DNA of 64,000 nucleotides, taken from assembly GCA_964019335.1 (NCBI GenBank), contig OZ025648.1, forward strand, positions 620,001 through 684,000, given 5' to 3'. The stretch is from Diplonema japonicum. Lineage: Eukaryota > Protista > Euglenozoa: Diplonemea. Shown here piece after piece: positions 46,201 to 57,963 of the stretch. Within the stretch, counting starts at the first letter, position 1, and every line of letters begins with the position of its first letter. The notes beneath the pieces were generated by a model. The model was not told the DNA's origin, made no database searches, and saw only the letters and a program-made list of their open reading frames with translations. The position numbers were made by a program, and so were the translations under genes.

Positions 46201-47150
46201 AGCGCTATGACTATATTCGACTCGTGGCTGCTAGCGGTTATTAACACAGTGTTCACAGGAGCTCCTCCTTTCTTTATGGGCTGCTTCGAGAAGGACTTGC
46301 ACGAAGAGCCCCTGACGCACCCTGTGACGGGCCCCATCCTCTACAAAAATCAGCGCGACGACAACTTGTACATGAATATGATGTCGGCTCTCATGTGGGT
46401 AGGGACAGCACTGCTGCACTCAGTGTTTGTATTCTGGTTCTGGTACCCTACCATGGCACGCGACGACTTCGACGAGGACAACGGACGCACCTCTGACCTC
46501 AACGCACAAGGCACTGCGCTCATCACAGGCGTTATCTTGGTCACCATCGCAAAGGTGATAACACATATCAGGCACCACACGTGTCTGCAAGTATGAGAAT
46601 GTAATAAAACAACAGCAACACAGTTCGGCTCGATTGTCTTCAGCTATGTGTTCTACCTGTGCTTCCTCGTCGTGTACGGCTCCATTTCAATGTTCTGTTT
46701 CCCATTCTCAGTCTGCGAGACACATTGTATGTTTCTTGCAGGAAAAAAAAAAAGGAAGAAAAAAAAAACCAAACTGCAACCATTACAATCATCACAGTCT
46801 ATGGCATCCACGTGATCCTTCTCAGCAGCTCTAAATTCTATCTGTACTGCCTTTTCATCGGGTTTGGCGTTCCCTACATTACAGATGTGGCGGGGCTGTA
46901 TGTCCAGAAGCAATGGTTCCCCACCTTCATCGATCTTGTCCAACACAATGAATTCTATCCAAAACACTCCGACTGGCCTATTTGTTGCTGTGCCGACACT
47001 CCCCACAACAATGCAGCCATGACGGAAATCGAGACCCTTTCGGACCTTGGGAAGGACCCCGCAGAGCTGAAGGCCAAAAAGACTTTCACTAACCCTGAGT
47101 TAGCACCTGAGATCGACGACCAAGAGGTGTGTACCAACAAGAAAACTTGA
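43273..47150 (+). CDS. P4-type ATPase (phospholipid flippase); extreme 3' end uncertain
   Basis: ETSQLDGET, PISLFVT, FSDKTGTLTEN, LTGDKLETA, AIGDGGNDV, YSFYKN; introns 46591-46623 (33 nt) and 46727-46797 (71 nt); possible extra exon(s) near 47527-47642. Confidence 0.93.
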
Positions 47151-48739
47151 GCTCTATTAATTAAAGTTGACGCCCCTTTTATTAAAGGACAAGAGGCTGA
47201 CATATTGTTAAACTTGGATCCCCTTCTATCGGTGGCAAAGGGAAGGGGTGGGACATGGAAAAAAAAGGGGGGGGGGGGGGTATCTCCGTAAATTACAACT
47301 AAAGGTTTTATTTTATTTTTCTCCTCTTTTTTCCCCCCCTTCTTCTAATTTCTTTTCCCCCCCTTATTCTAATTTCTTTTTTTTTAAATTCCTTCTTCGT
47401 TCTTCCGCTCTCTCCTCTCCCTTTTTTTTCTTTTTTTGATGCCATTCGAATTCTATTGTTCTCCGCTTGTTTCCCAAACTACCTTTAAAGCCCATTTAAA
47501 TATCTCAATTCTACCCTTTTGCCTAGCAAGTAGTGTCCTGTCTCAGCCCCCCACCCACCACCGAAGGAGGGATCCAAGTGTACTAAATCACATGTATCTA
47601 CAGATGAGTACCGTTACCCGCCAAGATGATGTTACGGTCTAGGAGAGCCCCTAGACTGGTGAGAGACAATAGGACTATGGCTGCTAGGATGCGTGCTGTT
47701 TTTACCGTTTACTTTGTCCCCTGTCCCTATTCCCCCTCCCTTTTTTTTTTAAACTCTCCCAAAAGGTAGCCGAGTTCCAACCAGCAATGCAATTTTTTCA
47801 TGTGATATTTCCCCCCCCCCCCCCCCATGTATGGGGCTTTTTTTAATATCAATCTCCTGAAGCTTTCTGTGCTCTTCGAAAGTTCGCACAGGGAGGCCTA
47901 TAGGACAGGCAAGGCTTGTATGGTCTTTTTTTTTTCTTCTTCCTTTTAGTTTTTTTTTTCTTTTTTTTCTCTTTCCCCTTTTTTTTTATACCCTTTATTG
48001 GGGTCTCAAAGACCTCCTTTAACTCATATATTTATTCACGTTTCTTTTTACAGTGATCTCACGGATTGCATTGCAGTGGAGCTCGGCACCTCCCCCTTTT
48101 CCCGGTACTCTCTCCTTTCTCCAAGGTGACAAGGCTGAAACTGCTTCATCTTTGTGGGAATAGAAAAAAAAAAAGAAAAAAAAAAGGAAAAAAAAAAAAA
48201 AAAAAAAAAAAAAAAACAACAATTACCCTCGTGCCTCTGAAGACTGCCAAACTCGAGAAACCTTCTGAAAACCGGTTGATAAATTTTCTATAGTAACATT
48301 TTCGCCAAAAGGCATTTTAGGAGGACACCTATCGACCTTAGTTAAAACTATTGCAATAGACCTGCTGTCAACTTTTTACGCGCGAAAAAAAAGACCGGGA
48401 GCAAAAATAAATGTTTGGCGGCTTTCTAGAGTTGCGAGGCGAAAGTTGTTCATCAAACAAGAGAGGATGAATAAGAAATAAAGGAGAGAGAAAAGCGGAA
48501 AAAAAAAAATCAGAAATAAACGCCCTCGCTGGTGTTTTTTTTTTAATAAAATTTTAACTTCAATAAAACGGGAGAAAAAAAAAAGAAAAAAAGGAGGAGG
48601 AAAAAAAAAAAAAAAAAAAAAAAAAAAAGGAAGAACAGAAAAAGCCTTTAGTTGTAGAAATGTACCACCCCGTTCCCCTTTACTTCCATGTCCCTGTCCT
48701 GGGTTACGGGGGATATTTAAGAAAGTGATTTTTTTTTAA

Positions 48740-50514
48740 CCCATAACACTCCAAGGCGCAAATATTTGTCGTTTTGAAAAATCGTTTTTTTCTCTAAGTA
48801 CTTTTTCGTCCCCACGACCCCTGGATCTCCAAGAACGACTATAGTGAGGAGTTATTTTCAACTGCAATTCATGTTGCACTGCATCACTTTACCTTGTTAT
48901 CCACCCACCAAGTGGGTCCCAAATCCGAGTGGATAGGCGAAAAAACGCAAAATAACGGGTGTGCAGACTGTGTCCAAAAAACGCAAAGGTAAAGCCAAAA
49001 CAGCTACGGACGAGGTCCAACCTTCATGGGTACCAACTCCATAGAGACCATAAAATAGGCCGGTGGGGGGGAAAAAAGCTGTCCCGTGGTACGCAGAAAC
49101 CTGACGACGCAAAATGATTATTCCTTCGGTTTTTTGATAAGAAGTTCACAGACGTCATCCAAGAAGAGACAAACAAGCAAAAGGACGCTGAGATTGATAA
49201 GATTTCAACCCAGGACTCCACCGCTTTCTCGGATTGAGCATTATAATGGGTTTGCGGCGTGCCCAGAATTAGCAAACGTATTGGTCCACAGGACCCATGA
49301 AAATCCCCCTTTTCAGTAACACGAAGCCCAGGAGACGCTACCAGGAAATTAAAAGTAGCCTCCACTTCACTCACACAGAAGAGTCAAACGGTGATGTGTT
49401 GTGGAAGACACGAGGGTTTCTGGACAGAATTGGTAACAAGTGGGCAAAAACAGCAGTGCCAGGAAAATATTTAAGCATTGACGAGACACTCGTACCGTCA
49501 CGGGGCAATTGGGGGGGCTTGGGGTCTACTGTCCTCTCAAGCGTAAGAGAGATGGCATAAAAATATACTGCCTAAACTGCGTGAGCACGGGTTATCTTTC
49601 GCGTTTTCACATCCACGCCACCAAAATCGAGGGGCACGCACTTGAAGATTTCAGTGTCGTGGAAAAGGTGGTGCTGGGGTTAACGGGGAATTTTCGGGGA
49701 ACGACAACACGGTAGTTTGCAATAACTACTTTTCGACTGTGGGTCTGGCCGAAGCCCTGTGAAAAAACTGTGAGGGGGCTTGCATTTCGTTGGAGTGTTG
49801 CGGACTCTTCTGGTGGGCCCTAGAAGTGACAATAGTTAACTGCCTTGCACTTTAAATAAAATATGGTTAGGGTTCAGCCAAAGAGATACAAAACCCTGGC
49901 TGCTTTTAAAGAGCGCTTTCGAGAGAGCCTAAATGATGGGTCCAGCGTTGCAAAAACACCACTCCCGGCACCCAACTAGTGGAGCACACACACCCGACAC
50001 CCCAGATTACACCAAACGTGACCACCAACCACTCAAAGGGGGCAACTCCAGGTTCTGCAGGTTGAAAGGATGACACAAAACGCACAATCTACAAATGCTA
50101 CACCTGTAACCAACACCTCTGTCCAAATAAGTGCTTTTTTCGTACCACTCTTCCATCACCCCAAAAAGGCTTCTTGACGATTTCGAGGCCGATATTCCAC
50201 CCGCAAATAGGCACTTCTCTCGGTCTGAGACATCTGAGGGGTCCTGATGCTGCTTTTTTTGTCCCAAGATGCTCAATTTACACCCCCCCGTGCACAACCC
50301 ATTTTGACATGGTCGTTTTTGAGCACCCTACGGCCATTCAACTCTTCATCCCCTTTGTATTTTTATTAATTTTTGAGCTTTTTTTTAATTTTTCCTGGTC
50401 CAAAAAACCCGTTTTACCTGCAAACGGGGGTTAAATGCTGCCATTTTCCCCGTCAAATTATGAAAAGGAGCAAAAAAGGGACCCCTATGTAGATAGGCCC
50501 CGGAGTGTTATGGG
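48740..50514 (+). mobile_element. piggyBac element (1775 bp) with perfect 13-bp TIRs, TTAA target-site duplications and a degraded transposase
   Basis: TTAA|CCCATAACACTCC at 48736-48752 and GGAGTGTTATGGG|TTAA at 50502-50518; fragments RRRYQEIKSSLHF, PGKYLSIDETLVPSRG, YCPLKRKRDGIKIYCL..STGYL. Confidence 0.92.
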
Positions 50515-50520
50515 TTAAAG

Positions 50521-50563
<43 letters not shown>

Positions 50564-51117
50564 AAATCTAACGACTCTCCTGCAACAGTTGGTAGAAGTG
50601 GTAATTTCGCACTTTTATATCTCCCCCTTCCCTTCCCCAGAAGAGTTTCTTATTTCCCATTTCTTCCAGTACCTCCTATCAGCTGGCTATCCCCCTTTTT
50701 ATATGTCTCCAAAGTGTGTCAAGCATGTCTAAGGAGTTGTACTAATCATTTTGCACCACCCTGCTGTGCAAATGGCGACTCGCTTTCCCCCCCTGCAATT
50801 TTATCACTTCTGTTCCTTGGATGCTAAGTAGAGAACACTGTGGGATGAGTTTGTAAATCAGAAGCTCGGAACTTGACACACTTTGGAGATGAAGAAATTA
50901 TTCTTTTTTTTTTTGTATTTTATTTCCCCACTTTCTCCCCCCCCCCCCCCCCTTTCCCCCTTCCCGTTTTCCCCTCGTTTTCTTTTTTTTTCTTTTTTTT
51001 TTCCATACCCTTTTACCATATCCTAATGAAAGAACACCAAATGCCATGATATCATGATCTTTCCAATGCCCATCTAGAAAAGTTCCGCCCCCCCCCCCCC
51101 CCCCCCGTTTAAAGGGG

Positions 51118-51152
<35 letters not shown>
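51118..51152. repeat. (ATA)n microsatellite
   Basis: About 11 tandem ATA units. Confidence 0.9.
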
Positions 51153-51156
<4 letters not shown>

Positions 51157-54100
51157 AAAAAAAAACAGTGGACACGAGGATGCAGTCTGGGATTTAACCA
51201 ATCGACGAGTAACGTCAGTATCAGTAGCAGCAAAGGGAGCGTACGGCGAAAGGCATCCCACTCGGCAGTAACCCCTACATTGCACACGGAGCTAGATGGA
51301 TCGATCAGGTGCCCGTTGAGATCCCCCCATTCCACCCTCAGAGAGCTTTATGGAGAGCCCTTCATCAACAAGACTCCACCACCTTCCTTAGCACCACCAC
51401 CACCACCAGCGCCGCCTCTTGTCAAAACTACATCGAAGGTCCCCACCTTTGCTTTGTGACCGATGTACAAGAAATCACTCCATATGAAGATGAATAACAA
51501 GCAACCAAAAAAATAAAATAAAAAGAAAATAACATAAAAAAAAAGTCCCCCCCCCCTTCCGGGCCACAGGTCCAGTTATTTATGTGATATAAGACATTGG
51601 TTTGCCATTCCCCCCCCCTTTTTTTTTTGGAAGTACAATAAAAAAGAAGGAAGAAAAAGAGGAAAATGTAATACTAAAATAAAAAAAAAATAAAAAAAAT
51701 CCTCGTGGAAAAAGAAATTTAGTAATAGTTCAGTTTCGGAATTTCGGTCTTTTTTTTTCCCCCTTTTTTTTTTACACCCGAATTCTGTCCCCCCCATCCC
51801 TCCCCCCTCTTTTTGCTCAAAGGATCTTTTTTTAAAAAAAAATGAGAGAAGCTTCCAACTGCAGCTCCAGCTACCCACTTTACTTGCTACATCGGAGTTA
51901 CCCTTTCGGACGTATGTCCCTTTACAAAGAGCCCCTTCTTTTTGATGCGATGGCTGCAAGCAAAAAAAGAAAAAAAGAAAAAAAGAAAAAGAAAAAGCCC
52001 ATACCCGTAAAGAGTAGGACAAAATACAACTTTTTTTTGACATGACTCTTGACTATGTCCGCATCCATGCAGGATAGAAAAAAAAAAATGAAATATACAG
52101 GAGGGATGGTAACTTTTTTTGTTGTAAAGGAGTGGAAGAAAAGAGAGAGAAAAAAAAAGAGAAAAGGGAAGAGGCGAAAAAACTTTTTTTATGCTGAATG
52201 TGAAACCTAATCAAATAGGATTCGAACATATTTTTTTTCTTCCCTTTTATTCCCCCCCTCCCCTAAGTCTTCTAATTTATTACGCCCTACGGTAATAAGC
52301 AGATTTTTGTTATTCCATTGCTCCCCTCCCACCTTAATTTTCTTCTCTTATTTTGCTCCGAATCTTTTTTTATTGAGGGGGGGGGGGAGGGGCGAATTGT
52401 TTTAGCTCACAGTTTAGCCCAAATGTTAAATTTTAATCCTATTTTTTAATTAGGCGGGCCGTTGCTAACCACTTCGTTCCTATCATAGTGAATTTCTTTT
52501 TTTGTCTCCCGGTTTAATACAAGTATTGTGGTTTTTTTGTTCTTTTCGGCTAGTCATTTGAAAACGACCAGATTTATTTACCGAGAAAAACCTCAACTTG
52601 AAAAAAAAAAAAGAATGTGATTTCTAGGCTACGGTCTTCCTTCCCTCCTAGTTCCTGTGCAGTAGTTACGTAGTGCCAAGATGTTGTCCCTTCGCTGCAG
52701 GCTAATTCCGTTTTCTCTGTTTCTTATTTTACTTTCTTCTCCCCTTTAACATTTCTTATTCGTGAAATGCGAAACCGGGTTTTTATGCGAAACCGAGTTT
52801 GAAAAAAAAAAAAAAAAAAAAAAAGAAAGAAACCTACCGGCAACCAATCCACCAATCCTGACCACAACGACGCTTGTGTGATTGAAGTGAATAAAATGAG
52901 AATACTGGAGATTTTGTCAAACCGAGCTATTCGGTTTTTCTTGAAGGCCACTGGAGAAGCTTTTTGTTCAAGAGCGTCCTTTTCGTCGATTGTAAAAAAA
53001 ACAAAATCCCTTATCCCGCTTGAAACAAGGGAGAGGGGAAAATTGTTTTGGCAAAGCTATCCCTCTTTTTTTCATTCTCCCTTTTTTTTTTCCCTTCTTT
53101 TTTTTGTTACTGAAGTGTGAGTTTTTGTATTGTTGTTTTTCTTTTTTCTTTTTTTGGCCAATCTTGTTGCGTGTATCGATGGGGCAAAGAATATAAAAAA
53201 AAACCCCAAAAAGAGAATGTGTTGTGTCTTTTCGAACATATCTGCGCTTCTTCTTCGCTGTTCCTGGGGAAGGGGGGGGGGTTAAAAACAAATTTTTAGA
53301 GCGATGATTTTCTTCCTTTTTTTTTTCTCCAACACTTTCTTGGAAATGAAATGCGGCCGAGAACAGTATCCGGGAGGGGAAAAAAAAAAAGAGATATAAA
53401 TAGGTTAGAAAATAAATACACCTAATTCTTTTTTTTTTTTTTTTTTTTGGAGAAAAGAAGATGTCAGCAATTCTTTTTTACTTTTTTTATCTCAACGAAG
53501 GAGAATCGGCGGAGTGTTTCCTGCCACCGCCAATCCTACCTTTTCTTTCATTTCTTTTTACCGTATTCTATTTTTTTTTAAACTACCAAAAGGGAGAAAG
53601 ACGAAAAAGAAAAAAAAAGAGCTTTCGACATTGTGAATTGGAATCCCCCGCTGCAAAGAAATCTATCTAGTTACCCCCTCCTTTTTTCTAGACTCTCAAC
53701 ATCTACGGTCCATATCTCTGCTATTCGGAAAACTGGGGGCACCAGATATTTGTGATGATGTTGCGATTTCTTCTATTAGCCAGCACCATACCCAGCTTTC
53801 CATGCCGTCTTCTGAAACCCACTGTGGTCTCCTTCGAGCACCCCCCCCCCCCCCCCCCTCGGGCTTGGCTTTGACACTCCGTAGAAACTTGGGTCGCTAT
53901 TTTCTTTTTATTTTTTTTTCCCCCTCTTTATCCCTTCTCTCTTTTTTCTCTCTTTTTTCCCTCCCCCACACAAAGGGGTCCACAAAATAAATTCGAAAAA
54001 AAAAGAAACAGAAACAGAAGAACCCCCCCCCCCCCCCCCCCCCCCCCCCCTTATGGCCATCACCGTTTGCCATTGGCGCTTCAGAAATTGTAAATACTCG

Positions 54101-55815
54101 GGCTGACGCCGTTTCCAACCAAAACCATGCCGGAAGCCCGTCTCAACGGAGCTCCTCAAAGAGCGGCACCCCGGAGCCCTGAATCTGGTTGAATAACAAG
54201 AAAAGAGAGATATATATGGAAAAAGCAAACCGGTGGTCCCCCCTCCCCCCTCTTTTCTTTTCAATTCGTTTTATTTGGGTTAAAGCGAGACATAGCGTAT
54301 TTTAAATTGCCCATAAAGAACCGCTGTTTTTGGCCCGGGACAAAAATATAGCAGTAAGGGTGGATGAACATATTATTTTCCACGACCCCACCACCTACCC
54401 TACCCCGCCCCAGTCCTGCAGTGCGAAGACCACATGTTGGCTCCAGACGTCCACAGACTTCAGAGGTAGAGCAGTCAAGAGGAACAGTGCTCCCAGAGGG
54501 CACCCCTATCTGGAGTTGTGAGGGGTCTCATCAAGCCAAGGGTACGATCTTTGAGAATTGTTTGGCAATTGAAGCTTGAAGGGCCCAACCTTTGAAGGGT
54601 TAAAAGAAAAAAAAGGAAAAAAAAAAAAAAACCTAAAAGTGTACCCCGGGGTGTTGCCCACCATCCTAGTTAGCAGAGACGGCAGTGCGAACCTCTCCTC
54701 CTCTTTGATCTTTCGGGTGCTAACCTGCTCGTCTGCGATTGATCTCGCTGCGAGATGAAGGTGAGGCTGTAGATGAAGGTGCGTATTTCTTCATTTTTTA
54801 TGTTATGGGTTCAGCTCCCAACGGGTGTTCTGGAAAGCGGTTTCCGGAGAGTCAGGAGAGGAAGTCGGTGCCGCTTTTTTTTAAGACTGATATATATCAG
54901 TTCCGGTCCTTTATGGGTTAATAAGTTTTTAAATAAAGACTTAAGCCAAATTCCGAAAGTTTTTCGTGTCTTTATTTATTTAACAACTTAATAAATATAA
55001 TTTCGCAAGTTATCCATAAACCTGATTCTTTAACATACGGAGCTCGACTCGATGCTAAACCCGTTTCACCCATACTTTGCCCTCCTCCTTTCCCCCTCTC
55101 TTTCTTTTCCCATATGATTTTTATTTTCTTCTTTTGTAAAGCATCAATCGTTTCAAGTTTCCTGCCAAGCACCTTGCTTGTTTAAGTTTCTTTGCTATTT
55201 CTTCTTGTTCCTTTTATTCTTTTTCTTCTGTTCCCTCTCTGTCTCCTCCCCCCCTTTTTTTGACTCGCTTTTTTTCGAGAACAAATAATAATAAAAAAAA
55301 AAAGTGAAGCAGTCTCACTGTAACCTGTCCTTCATTGTTCTCATATTTTGGTTTGGATCAGTTCAGTTTTACCTTTCATCATCGGGACAAGGCGGAGGGG
55401 AACAAAAAAAAAAAAAAAAAAGGGAGAACACCAAAGAGGGAAAAAAAAAGAAGAAAAAAAAGAACTATACTCCTTTTACCCCTGTCTCCCTTCGTGTTGT
55501 GATGAGGACACTGGCAGGTGAAGGCCTGACTCAACTTGTCGTAAGTCTTCACATTTTGAAATGTGGTCATGTGTTTCTCAAGTTTTTACTCACACCAGAC
55601 ACCAAGCTAAGGCGAGCTTTAGAACAATAACAATAGAACATTCAACCAAAAACCGTGTTTAGCACCCTTGCCTTAGCCCAAAAAAAAAAAAAAAAAAAAA
55701 AAAAAAGAAATCCCCCCCCTCTTCCCTCTTCCTCCCCAACCATTACTTTTGTTTTTATTTCATCTTTCAAACGCTCTGCCTGTCATCTATCATTACCGCA
55801 GGCAAGAAAACCAAA

Positions 55816-57344
55816 ATGAAGAGACAAAGTCTCATACAAGCACGCAGATGGCTCTCTGCTGCGCACGCGGAGTTACAAGGTGAAGCACATCCGGCAAAGC
55901 TGAACAACACACTTGGGTACTACTACAGCGCACAGGCACGCAGGCTGGGACACAAAAACGCTTTCAGAGTACCACACCAGGGTGTGAACTGGACCTATAT
56001 CGATGTGAAGAAGAACAGTGATGCCTTTGCCGAGGGGCTTATGGACCACGGCATCAAGCCAGGCGACAAGATCCTCTCCATCCAGCCCAGCACCGCAGAG
56101 CTGTTCATGACCCACGCAGCCTGCGCCAAGATGGGTGCCATCGCCGTCAACATCAGCCCATACACAGCGACCGTCGACTCCCTTGCTGCTGCCATCGACA
56201 AATATCAGCCAAAGGTCATCGTGATCAGGGAGTTCTGCGATATCCCAACTAAAAAGGGCACAAAGCGCACTTCCATTCATGAAATGCTCTACCAGAACAT
56301 CCCCGAGCTGGACCAGGTTGTGGGTAACCTGTACATCAAGGCACCGAAGTACCCTTCTGTGAAGTTAGTTATCGTTGCCGACGCCAACCTCAACCTGCAT
56401 GGCGCCACGTCGCTGAGACACACGTGCTTGTGGGGGCCATACAACTACTACGAGTCGAGGCTGAGAAGGATCGCAACCCTGATGACCTCCGACCACCCCT
56501 CCCTCATCCTCCCCTCGGCCACTGGCAGAGACGTTGTCTACACACACAAGAACATCATGACTGCCGCGTTCCATGCCTCGCAGTTCCTGGCGCTCAAGAA
56601 CGACGACAACGTGATGCTCGCGCCCCAGACAGGGCACCTGCCCCTTTTCTCCTTGGCGCACTATGCCTGCCTCGCATCGGGTGCGACTCTTAGTTACGGC
56701 GGTGAGCACCTGCACGTGTCAGCGGTATGTCATTAGCATGCAATAAGGCAACACAGCACGTCGGGCCTTTCCTGGAGAACTTGGAGCTTGAGAAGGTGAA
56801 CGGACTGGTGATTGCGAAAGAGCAGCTTGACCTGCTGCTGCCCGTGGTGAAGGGGCAAGGTATGCTTGGTGGCGGTGGTTAACCTGCACAGGTGTGGGCG
56901 ACAAGCTGAAATGGATCTTCGTGGCGTCTGAGGACAAGCTCTCGACAGCGTACGCGAACGAGGTGCGGGAAGCCTTCAAGGTGGACGATGTGTTCATGTT
57001 CCACGGGCCGGCGGAGGTTGCGTCATCCCTCAACATGAGCAAGGTCAATGCAGGGGGAAGGACTACACAGCTTATGCCAAACACGGAGGTGAGGGTTGTG
57101 GGTGATGACGGTGGCCCACAAGCCAAGACGCTCGGAAGGGGCATTGAGGGTAGCCTCAGGGTATGCCGTCGTAAATATTTTTATCAAACACCACCACGCA
57201 CAGGTGAAGGGTCCCTCTGTTGCCGCGCAGTTCTGGAACAACAGTGGTCTCATGGAGGCTGACAAGGATGTCTTGGGATTCTGGGCGCTCAAGCAAGATG
57301 CCACCGTCACCGCCGACGGGGAGCTTCTTGCGAGGAGCGCGTGA
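55816..57344 (+). CDS. Mitochondrion-targeted acyl-CoA synthetase-like (ANL superfamily) protein, probably catalytically degenerate (4 exons)
   Basis: MKRQSLIQARRWLS presequence; WTYIDV...AFAEGL..GIKPGD, ACAKMGAIAVNISP, MPNTEVRVV, GSLR|VKGPSV...FWNN; introns 56725-56756, 56860-56891, 57161-57203. Confidence 0.82.
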
Positions 57345-57963
57345 TGTTTGGGCCCAAGATAGATAGAGAGATCCCTTGCTTCTGTTTTTGTCTGGTGGAG
57401 TGTTGGTGTCTCCTTTATCAGGTTTTTATAAGGTTTTTCTCTTTTTCCTTTTGCCCATACCCATGCCCATACCCATGTCTCATCGTTTTTCTTCATTTTC
57501 TTTCTTTCATTTCTACAACCACGGTAACAACATTTTCCTTTTTTTTTGTTCCTCCATATTTTTTTTTTTTGGTTTTTTTTTTTTTTTTTTACTTCATCCC
57601 CCTTTTATTTTTTATTCCTCTTCCAGTGTAGTAACATCGGGAGTGGGTGGGTTTACTGTTACCCCTCTTCTTATTCCCCCCTTATATCTGTCAGTGTTTT
57701 ACTTTTTGTTTTTATTTTGCATGTAAATGTGCTCTTTTAACTCAGTGTGTTTTCTAGTCTCTAATACACGATACTTGAGACTTTTGTAAATTACAGAAAA
57801 CCAAAAAAAAAGAAGAGGGGCCTGTCAGGTCTTGTCTCTGCCCTGTCCAGCCGCCCGCCACACGAGCTTCCATCCCTTTCCCATATCCTTCCACCCCTTA
57901 GTATTTGTTTTATATCCCAATATTTTCACTTTGATCCCTGAGGCATGCACCACCAGGAAGGGG

